In this document: piece by piece, positions 41,281 through 53,200 of the stretch
Numbering within the stretch: position 1 is the first letter of the stretch
Layout: each line of letters opens with the position of its first letter
NCBI GenBank assembly: GCA_963758295.1
Contig: CAVWUU010000002.1
Coordinates: 96,001 to 160,000, forward strand
DNA length: 64,000 bases
Direction of reading: 5' to 3'
Source: Candidatus Eremiobacteria bacterium
Lineage (GTDB): Bacteria > Vulcanimicrobiota > Vulcanimicrobiia > Vulcanimicrobiales > Vulcanimicrobiaceae
The notes under the pieces: generated by a model
What the model was told of the DNA's origin: nothing
The model's input: the letters and a program-made list of their open reading frames with translations, nothing else
The model's database searches: none
Translations under genes and position numbers: made by a program

Positions 41281-44250
41281 CTAGGCTTCGACAGCGACTC
41301 TCTCACCCTTCGCAAGATCGTCGAGAATACGGCGATTCTCGCGTTCCATCCGTTCCTGCGCGATCGCATTGGGCACGTGATGTCCGACCGCGCGCTGATC
41401 TTCGAGCACGGGGACGAGATACGCGCCGGTGAACGACGCGGCATTCTGCGCCAGTTCCTCGGGCGTTCCCGTTCCCACAATCGTACCGCCGCGGTCGCCG
41501 CCTTCGGGACCCAGATCGATCAAATAGTCAGCCGTCTTGATAACGTCGAGGTTGTGCTCGATGACAAGCACGCTGTTGCCCGTTTGCACGAGCCGCTCCA
41601 GAACCTCCAGCAGTTTGTGAATGTCGGCGAAGTGCAGACCCGTCGTCGGCTCGTCGAGCACGTAGAAAGTGCGGCCGGTCGAACGCCGTGAGAGTTCCGT
41701 CGCCAGCTTCACGCGTTGCGCTTCACCGCCCGAGAGGGTCGTCGCCGGCTGGCCCATCTTGATGTAGCCGAGGCCCACTTCGCAGATCGTTTTGAGCTTG
41801 TTATGGATGCGCGGGATGTTCGCGAACAACTCCGACGCTTCGTCGACGCGCATTTCGAGCACGTCGGAAATCGTCTTGCCCTTATAGCGCACTTCCAGCG
41901 TCTGCGCGTTGTAGCGTTTGCCTTTGCAGACTTCGCACGGCACGTAGACGTCCGGCAAGAAGTGCATCTCGATCTTGATGATGCCGTCGCCCTGGCACGA
42001 TTCACAGCGGCCGCCCTTGACGTTGAACGAGAAGCGTCCCGGCGTGTAGCCGCGCAGCTTCGCTTCGGGCGTCATGGAGAACAACTCGCGGATTTGATCG
42101 AACGCTCCGGTGTATGTGGCCGGGTTGGAACGCGGCGTACGGCCGATGGGCGATTGATCGATGACGACCATCTTGTCGAGTTGATCGGCGCCCTTGACCG
42201 TACCGTACGTTCCGCCCGCAGGTTGGCCATGCAAGTGCTGGTTCAACGCGCGAACCAGCACTTGGTTCACAAGGGTTGATTTGCCGCTGCCGCTGACGCC
42301 CGTTACCGCGGTGAAAGCGCCGATTGGAAACTTCACGTCGATGCCGCGCAAGTTGTTGGCGCTGGCCTTCTTGACTTCAAGCCAGCCACGCGCTTTACGG
42401 CGTCCCTTCGGAATCGGAATGAACTTACGGCCGGAAAGATACGCGCCGGTTTCCGACTTGCCGTTCTTGATGATATCGTCGAGTTTACCGACACTAAGAA
42501 TTTCGCCGCCCTCGGCGCCGGCGCCCGGACCGATGTCAACGATGACGTCGGCCATGCGCATCGTGTCTTCATCGTGCTCGATGACAACAAGCGTATTGCC
42601 GAGATCGCGAAGCGTCTTAAGGGTCGCCAACAGGCGGTCGTTATCGCGTTGATGCAACCCGATCGACGGTTCATCTAAAATGTATAGGACGCCCACGAGC
42701 GCGCTGCCGATTTGCGTTGCAAGGCGGATGCGTTGCGATTCGCCGCCGGAGAGCGTCGTCGCGGATCGCGCCAGCGTGAGATAGTTCAATCCGACATTCG
42801 TAAGAAACCCTAGGCGCCCGCGCACTTCTTTGATGATCTGATGTGCGATCTGTTCCTGGCGCGCAGTTAGTTTCAGCTCGCGGAAGAATCGCTCCGAGTT
42901 CTCGATCGACATGCCGGTGGCCTGATCGATATTCAGTCCGCCGATGGTTACCGCGAGAGCTTCGGGCTTCAGGCGCGCGCCCTTACACGTGGGACACGTG
43001 GACGCCGACATGTACTTCTCGATGTCTTCCTTGACGTAGTCGCTCGACGTTTCGCTGTAGCGGCGTTGCAAATTATTGATAACGCCTTCGAACGACGAAC
43101 GGTACTCCCACGTCTTTCCCGCGCGCGACGTGTATTCGAAATCTTGCTCGTTCTCTGTGCCGTACAGAATCAGATCGACGACTTCTTCCTTCATGTCTTC
43201 GATCGGCGTCGTCATCTTCACGCGATGCTTGCGTAGCACGCGCTCGAGCTGCTGCATGTAGTACGGATTCATCGACGGAAACCGGCCCGAACCCAGGTTC
43301 TTGGTCCACGGCACAATAGCGCCGTCCGCCAACGATTTCGAACGATCCGGAATGACCTTCCACGGATCGATTTCGATCTTCTCGCCTAGACCGCTGCACA
43401 CCGGGCACGCGCCGTACGGTGAGTTGAATGAAAACAGGCGCGGCGCCAATTCTTCGAACGAAATGCCGCAATATACGCATGCAAAAGCTTCGCTAAAGGT
43501 TAGTTCACGCGGCTGCCCTTTGCTCTCCTCGGCAAGCACTGTTACGATGCCTGTCGAGAGCTTCAACGTCGTTTCAACCGAATCGGTGAGACGCTTGCGA
43601 ATGTCCGCCTTCATCACGAGACGATCGACGATCACTTCAATCGTGTGTTTGCGCTTCTTGTCGAGAACGATCTTCTCTCGCAGCTCTTTCGTCTCGCCGT
43701 CCACGCGAACGCGCGCAAAGCCCTCTTTGCCAATTTCCTCGAAGAGCTTGGTGTATTCGCCTTTACGTCCCCGCACCAGCGGCGCGAGCAATTGAATGCG
43801 CGTGCCTTCGGGCAGTTCCATGATCGAGTCGACAATTTGTTCGCTGGATTGCGAGCTAATCTCACGGTTGCAGCTATAGCAATGCGGCGTACCGATGCGC
43901 GCGAAAAGCAACCGCAGGTAGTCGTAAATCTCGGTGACCGTGCCGACGGTCGAACGCGGATTGCGCGACGTCGATTTCTGATCGATCGAAATTGCGGGCG
44001 AGAGACCCTCGATGTAATCCACATCGGGCTTCTCCATCTGCCCTAGGAACTGACGCGCGTACGAAGAGAGCGACTCAACGTAGCGCCGTTGGCCTTCTGC
44101 GTAAATCGTATCGAAAGCCAGCGACGATTTTCCCGAGCCGGAAAGGCCGGTTACGACGATGAGCTGGTTTCGCGGAAGCGTTAGATCGACATTCTTAAGG
44201 TTGTGCTCGCGCGCGCCCTTAATGACGATGGAATCGAGACCGGTTGCCAT
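41281..44250 (-). CDS. uvrA: Excinuclease ABC subunit A
   Basis: GAREHNLKN, two Walker A motifs ([16 protein letters not shown]), LSGGE, zinc fingers. Confidence 0.99.
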   Translation of the reverse strand: MATGLDSIVIKGAREHNLKNVDLTLPRNQLIVVTGLSGSGKSSLAFDTIYAEGQRRYVESLSSYARQFLGQMEKPDVDYIEGLSPAISIDQKSTSRNPRSTVGTVTEIYDYLRLLFARIGTPHCYSCNREISSQSSEQIVDSIMELPEGTRIQLLAPLVRGRKGEYTKLFEEIGKEGFARVRVDGETKELREKIVLDKKRKHTIEVIVDRLVMKADIRKRLTDSVETTLKLSTGIVTVLAEESKGQPRELTFSEAFACVYCGISFEELAPRLFSFNSPYGACPVCSGLGEKIEIDPWKVIPDRSKSLADGAIVPWTKNLGSGRFPSMNPYYMQQLERVLRKHRVKMTTPIEDMKEEVVDLILYGTENEQDFEYTSRAGKTWEYRSSFEGVINNLQRRYSETSSDYVKEDIEKYMSASTCPTCKGARLKPEALAVTIGGLNIDQATGMSIENSERFFRELKLTARQEQIAHQIIKEVRGRLGFLTNVGLNYLTLARSATTLSGGESQRIRLATQIGSALVGVLYILDEPSIGLHQRDNDRLLATLKTLRDLGNTLVVIEHDEDTMRMADVIVDIGPGAGAEGGEILSVGKLDDIIKNGKSETGAYLSGRKFIPIPKGRRKARGWLEVKKASANNLRGIDVKFPIGAFTAVTGVSGSGKSTLVNQVLVRALNQHLHGQPAGGTYGTVKGADQLDKMVVIDQSPIGRTPRSNPATYTGAFDQIRELFSMTPEAKLRGYTPGRFSFNVKGGRCESCQGDGIIKIEMHFLPDVYVPCEVCKGKRYNAQTLEVRYKGKTISDVLEMRVDEASELFANIPRIHNKLKTICEVGLGYIKMGQPATTLSGGEAQRVKLATELSRRSTGRTFYVLDEPTTGLHFADIHKLLEVLERLVQTGNSVLVIEHNLDVIKTADYLIDLGPEGGDRGGTIVGTGTPEELAQNAASFTGAYLVPVLEDQRAVGHHVPNAIAQERMERENRRILDDLAKGERVAVEA

Positions 44251-44291
44251 GAACTACCTAGAACCCCGCGAAGCGGGATCGGGATGCGTGA

Positions 44292-45023
44292 TTAAGCCTC
44301 TGGCTGCTTGGAAAGCTTTAGGTACTCGCCGGCGACCACGAGGGACGCGTACGCTACGATGATTTGCTGAAGGACTCCCGCCACCAAGCCCCCGGCTAGG
44401 GGCGCCAGGCGCCCGATTAGCGACCCCGCAATCCCGCCGCCGATGGCAATCAATGCAATGAGCGCTACCACGCCGAGCGTCGGCCAGAAATTCGACACCG
44501 TCAGCCGGCACGACTCGGCGATTCCGGCGACCGCTTCGCGATTGCCGATGATGACCGACGCCATGGTATAGATGAAGAACACCATGTAGGCAAAAAGCGT
44601 CAACAAAAACGTGATCGGAGCGAGAACCGCGGCACAAAGCCCGATCGCAAAGAGCAACACCACCGCGAAGGTCGTTTGAATCGAGCGATGTGAAAAAGCG
44701 AGCCAGCCGTCGCGGAGATTCGTTCGGCCGTGCTCCCAGGCGCTCCCGGCCATGCCGGTGACGTACGCCATTTGCACGATGCTCGTGAGCAGCGACACAA
44801 TCGTGAGGGCGACCGCGACGACGGCTTGCGTGACCGTATTGACATCGGCGGTTCCGCCGCCGCCCGAGAGCACAGAGCCATTAATGACGACCGAGACGAT
44901 CATCGAAATGATGCCGCCTATGATGCCGAGCACCAACCCGGGCACAATGATGACCCAGTTGCTCGTGAGCAGCTGCCACGCACGGGCGAAGGTATTTTCG
45001 AAATCTCGAATCGACTGCGTCAT
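44292..45023 (-). CDS. Multi-pass membrane protein
   Basis: About 6 hydrophobic helices. Confidence 0.8.
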   Translation of the reverse strand: MTQSIRDFENTFARAWQLLTSNWVIIVPGLVLGIIGGIISMIVSVVINGSVLSGGGGTADVNTVTQAVVAVALTIVSLLTSIVQMAYVTGMAGSAWEHGRTNLRDGWLAFSHRSIQTTFAVVLLFAIGLCAAVLAPITFLLTLFAYMVFFIYTMASVIIGNREAVAGIAESCRLTVSNFWPTLGVVALIALIAIGGGIAGSLIGRLAPLAGGLVAGVLQQIIVAYASLVVAGEYLKLSKQPEA

Positions 45024-45086
45024 CCAAGCGCACTTTCAACCAGCGCCCTTCCGTTTCCGGTTTTAAGCGGCTCGCGACGGGTAGCG

Positions 45087-45803
45087 TCACGCTTCGAGCA
45101 GCGACTCGGGGACCTCCGCGATGGACCGGCACACCGCATGAGGCGGCGGCACTTGCGCCGGGAGAGTCTCGTCGCGCACGTTTAACCAAACGGTGTACAA
45201 GCCGGCGTCAAGCGCTCCGCGGATGTCGCGTTCGTACCGGTCGCCAACCATCGCTCCGTACATTGGCGCCACGCCCATTTCGGTGCACGCGTGCGCGAAG
45301 AGCAACGGATCCGGCTTCAACATGCCGACTTCGTCTGCAATAAAAATCGCGTCGAACAGCTCGCCGATTTGCAGTAGCGCGATCTTCTCGCGATGCGTTT
45401 CCGAGAAACCGTTTGTAAGAAGCCCGAGCACCTTTCCTTGGGCGCGAAGATTTAGGAGTACGTCTCGGGCACCGGGGAAAAGTTCAAGGTGTTTCTTTCG
45501 ATATGCATTGTAGTTGTTCGCACTGCGTTCCGCTAGTAAGGCATCCGAAAGCCCTACGCGCTGTAGTGCGGCGTTCCACAGCTGGGAGCGCACGCCGGCG
45601 AGCTTCGTGTCAAGCTGATCGGCGGTTAGGCGATGCCAAAACCCCTCCGCTTCGGCGACGTATGCGGTCTTGAGAGCGATCGCATCGACCCCGTGCTCGG
45701 CCGCGACTTCGCGCGCCACCTCTTCCGCCGCGCTTTGATAAGCCGCCGTGTCGTCGTGCAGGGTGTCGTCCAAATCAAAAAGGACGGCGTCGATTCTCCG
45801 CAT
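45087..45803 (-). CDS. HAD-family hydrolase (YjjG/YigB-like)
   Basis: FDLDDTL, LTNG, KPDP, VGD..RDI.GA. Confidence 0.93.
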   Translation of the reverse strand: MRRIDAVLFDLDDTLHDDTAAYQSAAEEVAREVAAEHGVDAIALKTAYVAEAEGFWHRLTADQLDTKLAGVRSQLWNAALQRVGLSDALLAERSANNYNAYRKKHLELFPGARDVLLNLRAQGKVLGLLTNGFSETHREKIALLQIGELFDAIFIADEVGMLKPDPLLFAHACTEMGVAPMYGAMVGDRYERDIRGALDAGLYTVWLNVRDETLPAQVPPPHAVCRSIAEVPESLLEA

Positions 45804-45805
45804 CG

Positions 45806-48262
45806 CTAGAAGCGTACCCGAAAACTGCGAAGACCGAAGCCCGGGATCGTCGCAAGCAACTCCTCGTTTTCTATTTTTACGTCATCTACAATCGGGCGCT
45901 CGAGCGCGTCGACCGCATGGGCCTCGCGCATGCGGCCGCCGGCGCGCAGGCGCACCGGCCGCGCTTGGCCGTCGCATTCTCGAACGCGAACGATAACGCC
46001 GTCGCCGTCGGCCGCCGGTTTGCATGCGACGACGAGCAGCGAATCGTCGGAAGTCGTAAAAAGCCGTACGCGACGCTCGTGAGCGAACTGCTCCCATGCA
46101 CGTTCCAACGCGCCGGTTGTTGCGCCGGAAAAAGGCACGAACGCCCAAGAAAGATGCATCACCCCGCGATCCGCTTGCGGATCCGGCCACGACGTTCCAC
46201 GAAGCAGCGAATGACCGAGATGCAAGCCGCCTTTCGGCAATGCGCGGGCGCTCCAGCCGTACGTGTCGAGCGCGAACACGGCCAGACCGCGCGCCGCGTC
46301 CGCAGCGGCCGCAAATCTCTGGCCCGGAACTTCGAACTTCGCCCGTTCTTCCGGCGTTTCGTTTCGCGCACTGCGCTCTATCGTGCCGTGTGCCGCGCCG
46401 TACGTGACAATGCTCGAGTCGATGGTAAGCCAATTTTCGACGCGCAAAAGAGTTTCGCGCTCGTGCCAATCCAGGGCTAAATCGACTCGCAAAAACGGCT
46501 CGCCGGCATGCAACGCCAATCGAAGTGTTCCAGGTGATTCGCCGACCTTTACGCCGATCTCAAGGCCGCCTTCGATCTGGTTCGCCTCCAGCATGTCGAT
46601 GCGAACGCGATGCCGCTCGTAACCGGCGTCCACATTCCACGCCTCCCATTTGCGCGGACGGTCGCGATATGCGGCAAGCAGATTCACCTGAGCTGCAACG
46701 TTAGGCGCGCCCGTCGCCGAAAGTTCCGTAATGGTTCCGGACCGGGTAACGCGCGCGCGTAGTAATCCGTTGTCAAAAAGCCACTCGTCACCGTCGCGTA
46801 CCGGCTCGCTCCTTTCAAGCCCCCGTTCGTGGCGCGGCGCGCGGGGCAAAATGCCTCGTGCGGCGGTCGCGATGCCGCGCGTGAGCTCACTCGCATCCTC
46901 GTATTCGGAAACAACGTCTTCATAGACGGAACGAATCGACGTTCCGGGCAGTACGTCGTGGAATTGATTGCGCAAAACGACGCGCCAAACGGCGTCGAGC
47001 CCTTCGCGAAGCCGTGCAATGGTCTCTCGCGGCGCATGAACGGCGGCGCACCACGCAACGTGTTCTTCGGCGGCACTCAAAGCGCGTTCGAGCGCCGCAT
47101 TTGCGGCCTTCACGTCGTGATGGGTGGTGTAGACGCCGCGATGGTATTCGAGATACAACTCATCTTCATGCACGGGCAGCGATTCGCGACGACGATCCAA
47201 CGCTTCGAAAAAGTGGTACGGATGTTGCCACTCACCAATTTTGGCTGCTTCGCGTAAATGCGCTTCCGTCGGGCCGCCGCCGCCGTCGCCGTACCCGACC
47301 ACCATTGGTTCGCGCCGTTCGCGCGCAATTGCCGCGCGACGGGCATCCGGGCCGCCGTCGTACGAGGCAATTAGCGCCCCGAGCACTTCGCTTCCGTCGG
47401 GACCACGCCACCGGAATTGCGGGTATGGGAAGCGCGTCGTCTCATTCCACTGAAGCTTCGTCGTCCCAAAATACGGGATAGCGGCATGCGCGAGCAACGT
47501 CGGCAGCGTGCGCGTAAAGCCGAAACTGTCCGGAAGCCATGCAAGTTTCGGCTCGATTCCGAACTCGGCCATGCAAAAATGGTGCGCGTACAGCATTTGA
47601 CGGAGCAGCGATTCGCCGGACGGCAAATTACAATCCGGCTCGACCCACATAGCGGCAACGCCGGCGTCGAAGCGCTCCCCGCGTACGGCGTCGCGCACGC
47701 GTGCAAAAAGCTCCGGATCTTCTTCGGCTACGAACGCATAGAGCTGGGGCTGGCTTTGAATGAAGATGAAAGACGGATCGCGCTCCAGCAGAGCCAACGC
47801 ATTGGCGAACGTTCGTACCGCTTTTCGTTTGGTTTGCTCGTAGGTCCAGAGCCACGCAACGTCGAGATGCGAGTGTCCCCACAGCGGAATTGCGCCGCCG
47901 GAAGATTTCTGCCTCTCAACCGCGCCATCTGCGGCATCGCGGACGTCGACGTAGGCTCGCGGTTCCGGATGGGAACGCGCCACCATCCAACGCCAGCGAA
48001 TGTCGTCGCCGGGCGGCAAGCCGTTCGTGGGAAGTCCGTGGCGTTCGACGCTTAGCTCCAGCACGCGTTCCGCGGATGAGGCGGGCACGACGATCGATGA
48101 GTGTTCGCGGTCGAACGCGCCCGCGGTTCTGCCGTCGATCGAAGCGATTGCGCCTACGCGCGTGCGGTAATGCAATTCCTGCGTTGCGGACGCGGGCGGG
48201 AGCGCGGCCTGAAGCGTCACCAGCGCTTCCGTGCGGGCGATTTCTCGCAGCTTCACCCGCAT
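45806..48262 (-). CDS. GH38 alpha-mannosidase
   Basis: HSHLDVAWLW, WLPDSFG, GYGDGGGG, ELYLEYHRG, QFHDVLPG. Confidence 0.93.
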   Translation of the reverse strand: MRVKLREIARTEALVTLQAALPPASATQELHYRTRVGAIASIDGRTAGAFDREHSSIVVPASSAERVLELSVERHGLPTNGLPPGDDIRWRWMVARSHPEPRAYVDVRDAADGAVERQKSSGGAIPLWGHSHLDVAWLWTYEQTKRKAVRTFANALALLERDPSFIFIQSQPQLYAFVAEEDPELFARVRDAVRGERFDAGVAAMWVEPDCNLPSGESLLRQMLYAHHFCMAEFGIEPKLAWLPDSFGFTRTLPTLLAHAAIPYFGTTKLQWNETTRFPYPQFRWRGPDGSEVLGALIASYDGGPDARRAAIARERREPMVVGYGDGGGGPTEAHLREAAKIGEWQHPYHFFEALDRRRESLPVHEDELYLEYHRGVYTTHHDVKAANAALERALSAAEEHVAWCAAVHAPRETIARLREGLDAVWRVVLRNQFHDVLPGTSIRSVYEDVVSEYEDASELTRGIATAARGILPRAPRHERGLERSEPVRDGDEWLFDNGLLRARVTRSGTITELSATGAPNVAAQVNLLAAYRDRPRKWEAWNVDAGYERHRVRIDMLEANQIEGGLEIGVKVGESPGTLRLALHAGEPFLRVDLALDWHERETLLRVENWLTIDSSIVTYGAAHGTIERSARNETPEERAKFEVPGQRFAAAADAARGLAVFALDTYGWSARALPKGGLHLGHSLLRGTSWPDPQADRGVMHLSWAFVPFSGATTGALERAWEQFAHERRVRLFTTSDDSLLVVACKPAADGDGVIVRVRECDGQARPVRLRAGGRMREAHAVDALERPIVDDVKIENEELLATIPGFGLRSFRVRF

Positions 48263-48264
48263 GA

Positions 48265-48666
48265 CTACGGCGCCGGCGAGATCTTCAAACCGCTGACCTT
48301 TTTGGCAACCGGGTCGTAGACGAAGAGGTAATTCCAACGGTCACCGGACGGAAACGTCACCACATAGACGTAGTACTCCGAACCGCCCTGTCTTCCGCTT
48401 TGAATCTGTTGGAAGGACGTCGGCTCGCCGAGCGGCGCGACTTGCGCGGCAACCTGCTTGATCATCTCGTTGGTGAGCGCATCGTTCATTTGCGGCGTCA
48501 GCTCGGAGCGATCGATGTCGCCTGTGACGATACGATGGAAGAAGCCTTTCGCTCTTTCCATCATGGCCGCGTTTGGGGACGGCGCACTGGACGGCACGGG
48601 GGCGCCCAGGGCCATTGTCTCCATTGCCGCCAGCGCGAACACCAGACTCGTCAGAAGACGGCTCAT
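48265..48666 (-). CDS. Secreted hypothetical protein
   Basis: AGGAG RBS and signal peptide. Confidence 0.75.
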   Translation of the reverse strand: MSRLLTSLVFALAAMETMALGAPVPSSAPSPNAAMMERAKGFFHRIVTGDIDRSELTPQMNDALTNEMIKQVAAQVAPLGEPTSFQQIQSGRQGGSEYYVYVVTFPSGDRWNYLFVYDPVAKKVSGLKISPAP

Positions 48667-48676
48667 GTGCTTCTCC

Positions 48677-50719
48677 TTATGGGCCGACGAGCTCTTTCAA
48701 GGCCGAATCGAAGATCTTCGGCGCCTTGCCTTGGAAGAGCAGCGATTCATTGCCGCCGATTTGCTTGCGAATTTCCACGAGCTCGTCGCGAAGCGCGGCA
48801 GCCTTTTCGAACTCGAGGTTCGCGGCGAATTCGCGCATTTTCTTCTCGAGATCGGCGGCCATCTTCATGGCCACGTCACGCGGAATTTTCTCGAGCTTGA
48901 TCTTCTCGGTCGTTCCCGCATCCGCGCCCAGCATGCTGAGAATGTCGTGAATCTCTTTGCGGATCGTCTTCGGCTCGATCCCGTGCTCCAGGTTGTGCGC
49001 CATCTGACGTTCCCGGCGGCGTTTCGTTTCGCCGAGCGCGCGCGCCATTGATTCGGTGACCACGTCGGCATACATTACGACCTTGCCCTCGACGTTGCGC
49101 GCCGCGCGGCCGATCGTTTGAATCAGGGAGGTTGCGCTGCGGAGGTAGCCTTCTTTATCAGCGTCCAGGATGCCGACGAGCGAGACTTCCGGCAAGTCGA
49201 GGCCTTCGCGCAATAAGTTGATCCCGACGAGCACGTCGAAGACCCCCAGGCGAAGGTCGCGCAGAATGGCGACGCGTTCCAGCGTGTCGACTTCGCTGTG
49301 AAGGTAACGCACCTTCATGCCGTTCTCCAGCAAGAAGTCCGTGAGGTCTTCCGCCATCTTCTTCGTAAGGGTCGTTACCAAAACGCGCTCTTTGCGAACG
49401 ACGCGCTGGCGAATCTCTTCCATCAGATCGTCGACCTGATTGCGCGTCGGACGCACCTCGACTTCCGGATCGACGAGTCCCGTCGGACGGATAATCATCT
49501 CCACCGTCTGCGAACTGCGTCCCACTTCGTACGTGCTTGGCGTCGCCGACACGTAGATGATCTGGTTGACATGCTCTTCCCACTCGTCGTAGGTGAGCGG
49601 ACGGTTGTCGAGTGCGCTCGGAAGGCGGAATCCATGTTCCACGAGCGTTTGCTTGCGCGAGCGGTCGCCCGCGTACATCCCGTGTACCTGCGGCAGCGTG
49701 ACGTGCGACTCGTCGACGAAATACAGCACGTCTTTCGGGAAGAAGTCGAGCAAACACCACGGCGTTGAACCCGGCTCGCGGCCTGTGAGGTGACGCGAAT
49801 AATTTTCGATGCCGTTGCAGTAGCCCACTTCGCGCAGCATGTCCAGGTCGTAGCGCGTGCGCATTTCGATACGCTGGGCTTCGAGCAATTTTCCAAGCGA
49901 GCGGAAGTACTTCAAGCGCTCTTCGACCTCGTCTTCGATCGAGATGATCGCGCGGCGCAGCTTCTCGTCCGGCGTGATGAAATGTTTTGCCGGAAAGATC
50001 AACAGCTCGTCCTTGCTCTCGACGTACTCGCCCGTCATGAGGTTGACGACATTGATGGCGTCGATCTCGTCACCGAAAAATTCGATGCGGTGCACCAGCT
50101 CTTCGTCGACGCCCACGAATTCGAGCACGTCGCCGCGCACGCGGAAGGTGCCGCGCACAAGGTTGAGGTCGTTGCGGCGGTACTGCATGTCCACGAGCTT
50201 GCGCAAGAACGCGTCGCGGTTATATTCCTCGCCGACTTTGATGCGAGCCGACATCTCCATGTAGTCCGAAGGCGAGCCTAAGCCGTAGATGCACGACACC
50301 GAAGCCACGATCAGCGTATCGGGCCGGGTGAGCAACGACTGCGTAGTCGAATGACGCAAGCGTTCGATCTCGTCGTTGATCGAGCTGTCCTTTTCGATGT
50401 ACGTGTCGGTGGAAGGTACGTACGCTTCGGGCTGATAGTAGTCGAAGTACGAGACGAAATACTCGACGGCATTGTTCGGGAAGAACTCGCGGAACTCGGC
50501 ACACAGCTGAGCGGCAAGCGTCTTGTTGTGGCAAAGCACGAGCGTAGGCTTCTGGACGAGCTCAATAACCCGCGCCATTGCCATGGTTTTGCCACTGCCC
50601 GTTACGCCGAGCAACGTCTGAGCGCGGTCACCGCGCAGAACGCCCTGGGCCAGGGCGTCGGTAGCGCGGGGCTGGTCGCCGGCGAGCTTGTACGGAGAAA
50701 CGAGTTCGAACTTCGGCAT
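48677..50719 (-). CDS. uvrB: Excinuclease ABC subunit B
   Basis: [26 protein letters not shown] domain; start MPKFEL. Confidence 0.99.
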   Translation of the reverse strand: MPKFELVSPYKLAGDQPRATDALAQGVLRGDRAQTLLGVTGSGKTMAMARVIELVQKPTLVLCHNKTLAAQLCAEFREFFPNNAVEYFVSYFDYYQPEAYVPSTDTYIEKDSSINDEIERLRHSTTQSLLTRPDTLIVASVSCIYGLGSPSDYMEMSARIKVGEEYNRDAFLRKLVDMQYRRNDLNLVRGTFRVRGDVLEFVGVDEELVHRIEFFGDEIDAINVVNLMTGEYVESKDELLIFPAKHFITPDEKLRRAIISIEDEVEERLKYFRSLGKLLEAQRIEMRTRYDLDMLREVGYCNGIENYSRHLTGREPGSTPWCLLDFFPKDVLYFVDESHVTLPQVHGMYAGDRSRKQTLVEHGFRLPSALDNRPLTYDEWEEHVNQIIYVSATPSTYEVGRSSQTVEMIIRPTGLVDPEVEVRPTRNQVDDLMEEIRQRVVRKERVLVTTLTKKMAEDLTDFLLENGMKVRYLHSEVDTLERVAILRDLRLGVFDVLVGINLLREGLDLPEVSLVGILDADKEGYLRSATSLIQTIGRAARNVEGKVVMYADVVTESMARALGETKRRRERQMAHNLEHGIEPKTIRKEIHDILSMLGADAGTTEKIKLEKIPRDVAMKMAADLEKKMREFAANLEFEKAAALRDELVEIRKQIGGNESLLFQGKAPKIFDSALKELVGP

Positions 50720-50885
50720 GGTGCGGTACTTCGACACAGTGCGCGGCCACTCGGTTTCGGCCCGGGCGCCCGCAGCCGCTTTTGTAGCACTCCGACGCCC
50801 TGACGGCTGCCTGCATTCAAGGTGTTTCCGCGCGGAATGGGCGAACCTCACAGCGTCCCCTCGCACACTACGGAGAAACTTCCCG

Positions 50886-51902
50886 TTGAGCCACAACCCC
50901 CTGGTCTTTAGCGGCAGTTCGAACCCGGCTTTGGCCGAAGAAATCGCCAAGCGCCTGAAGCTGCACGTCGGCAAGGCGTTGGTTTCCAAGTTCAAAAACG
51001 AAGAGACCCGCATCGAGATCCAAGAGAACGTGCGCGGCTCCGAAGTCTTCGTGGTGCAATCGATCTGCAAAGCGCCCAACGGCAACGGCGTGAACGATGC
51101 CGTAATGGAGCTGCTGCTGATGATCGACGCCTTGCGTCGCGCGTCGGCAGCGCGCATTACCGCCGTAATGCCGTACTACGGCTACGCGAAGCAGGACAAG
51201 AAGACCAAAGGTCGCGAGCCGATCTCCGCCAAGGTTCTCGCGAACATGCTGAAGATCTCCGGCGCCAAGCGCATCGTGACGATGGATCTGCATGCCGCCC
51301 AAATTCAGGGCTTCTTCGATCAGCCGGTCGACAATCTGATGGCGCTGCCCACGCTGTGCAATTATTTGAAGAAAGAGGGCTTGTGCGACCAGCGCGTTGT
51401 GGTGGTTTCACCCGATGCCGGCGGCGTGCATCGCGCCGAACTCTTCGCGAAGCGCCTGAATAGCTCGCTCGCCATCGTTTTCAAGCGGCGCCCGGAGCCC
51501 GACGTTTCCGAAGTGACCGATATCGTCGGAGACGTCAAGGGGAAGATCGCCGTCATCGTCGACGACATGATTTCTACGGGCGGCACGCTGGCGAAAGCGG
51601 CCGAAGCGATCAAGGCGCGCGGCGCCACGCAGGTTTATACGGTCGCGACTCATGGTATCTTCGCTGGTGAAGCGATCGAGGTGCTCGAGCAATCGGAAAT
51701 CGAGCGCGTGATTGTAACCAACACGATCCCGCTGCCGGATGTGGATAAACATCCGAAATTCGTGCAACTCTCCATCGCTCAAACGTTCGCCGAAACGATC
51801 ATGCGGATCACGACGAATCGTTCTGTATCGGAGCTCTTCAACAGTGAGGACGGGCCGCGCCCTAGCGAACCGGTTCCCGCTCCGGAACCGGCGGCCGTCT
51901 AG
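50886..51902 (+). CDS. prs: Ribose-phosphate pyrophosphokinase
   Basis: [38 protein letters not shown] start with GGAG. Confidence 0.97.
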   Translation: MSHNPLVFSGSSNPALAEEIAKRLKLHVGKALVSKFKNEETRIEIQENVRGSEVFVVQSICKAPNGNGVNDAVMELLLMIDALRRASAARITAVMPYYGYAKQDKKTKGREPISAKVLANMLKISGAKRIVTMDLHAAQIQGFFDQPVDNLMALPTLCNYLKKEGLCDQRVVVVSPDAGGVHRAELFAKRLNSSLAIVFKRRPEPDVSEVTDIVGDVKGKIAVIVDDMISTGGTLAKAAEAIKARGATQVYTVATHGIFAGEAIEVLEQSEIERVIVTNTIPLPDVDKHPKFVQLSIAQTFAETIMRITTNRSVSELFNSEDGPRPSEPVPAPEPAAV

Positions 51903-51933
51903 TCCTCTCGATCTCGGAGGTTAGCGTTCAGGA

Positions 51934-52584
51934 ATGGCCAGCAAAGAACAGGTACTTACAATCGAACGCCGGGAACGCACCGGCACCAGCAGCGCGCACC
52001 GTTTGCGCGCCGACGGCAAGATTCCGGGCGTTCTGTACGGACACGGCACGGCGCCGATTCACCTAGCCTTTGATGCGCGCACCTTCACCGATATGCTCCA
52101 ACACGGCAACGCGCTCGGCGTGCTCACGCTGAGCATGAACGGCAAGAAATCCGACACGGCGATGGTTCGAGAGATTCAGCGCCATCCGGTGACGCACCGC
52201 ATCGAACACGTCGATCTGCAACGCGTGTCGGCGCACGAAGCGGTGCACGCAAAGGTTCCCGTCGCGACCATCGGCACGCCGCGGGGCGTGCGTGATTTCG
52301 GCGGCGTCATGGAAGTGCTGCTGCATGAAGTCGAAGTCGAAGGACCGGTCGACGAACTGCCGGCGCAGGTGGAAATCGACGTCGCAGATCTGGGCATCCA
52401 TCAACACGCGAGCGCCGGCGACATTACCCTTCCCAAGCACTTCAAGCTGCTGACCGCTGCCGATACGATTATCGTCTCGGTCGATGCGTCGAAGACGGCG
52501 CGCCTGCTCGAGGAAGCCGAAACCGGCGCCCCGGCCGAAGAAACGCAACCCGAACTCATCGGGAAGCCGGAGGGCACAGAATAG
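51934..52584 (+). CDS. rplY: 50S ribosomal protein L25/Ctc
   Basis: RLR..GKIPGVLYG, QRHP, HVD, C-terminal Ctc domain. Confidence 0.96.
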   Translation: MASKEQVLTIERRERTGTSSAHRLRADGKIPGVLYGHGTAPIHLAFDARTFTDMLQHGNALGVLTLSMNGKKSDTAMVREIQRHPVTHRIEHVDLQRVSAHEAVHAKVPVATIGTPRGVRDFGGVMEVLLHEVEVEGPVDELPAQVEIDVADLGIHQHASAGDITLPKHFKLLTAADTIIVSVDASKTARLLEEAETGAPAEETQPELIGKPEGTE

Positions 52585-53150
52585 CCAGCCCCGCTCCATG
52601 CCTGATCGTTGGATTGGGCAATCCCGGCAAAGAGTACGAAAGAACCCGGCACAATGCCGGGTTCATGGTTGTCGACCACTTGGCACAGCGCTACGGGATC
52701 TCGTCATGGAAGAACAAGGACAGCGCACGGCAAGCTTTTGACTCGTCGCGCCGGGTCGTGCTCGTGCAGCCCACGTCGTACATGAACCTCAGCGGAACCC
52801 CGGTGCGGCTCATTTCATCCTGGTACCGGACGCCTCCCGAAGAGATCCTCGTGATCGTCGATGAGATGGATTTGCCGTTCGGGGCGCTTCGCATGCGCCC
52901 GTTCGGCGGACACGGGGGCCACAACGGCCTGCGTTCGATTATCGCCACCGTCGGCGATCGTTTCCCGCGCCTGCGCGTAGGCGTGGGGCGGCCGCAGTTC
53001 GACACCATCGACCACGTTCTGAGCCCCTTCAGCGCCGAAGAGACGAAGGCGCTCCCGGACGTCGTCGCCGCGGCCGCAGAAGGCGCCGATCTGTGGCGCG
53101 AACATGGAATGGAACGCGCCATGCAATACGTTAATAATTGGAAACTCTGA
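52581..53150 (+). CDS. pth: Peptidyl-tRNA hydrolase (probable non-canonical ATA start)
   Basis: LIVGLGNPG..Y..TRHNAGF, YMNLSG, GGHNGL. The conserved LIVG lies upstream of the first canonical start (TTG 52614). Confidence 0.95.
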   Translation: MASPAPCLIVGLGNPGKEYERTRHNAGFMVVDHLAQRYGISSWKNKDSARQAFDSSRRVVLVQPTSYMNLSGTPVRLISSWYRTPPEEILVIVDEMDLPFGALRMRPFGGHGGHNGLRSIIATVGDRFPRLRVGVGRPQFDTIDHVLSPFSAEETKALPDVVAAAAEGADLWREHGMERAMQYVNNWKL

Positions 53151-53200
53151 GCTGGGTACATCCGATAGTACAAATAAGGAGGTGAGCTGCCTCGCAAGGA

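Noticed and set aside
50720..50885. LexA/SOS box upstream of uvrB
   Set aside because: No GAAC-N4-GTTC or CTGT-N8-ACAG palindrome found by eye.
50720..51157. N-terminal extensions of UvrB and Prs in the ORF track, implying head-to-head overlap
   Set aside because: The conserved starts are at 50719 and 50886; the extensions come from upstream alternative start codons. The same applies to nnr, archaemetzincin, DGC and DUF72.
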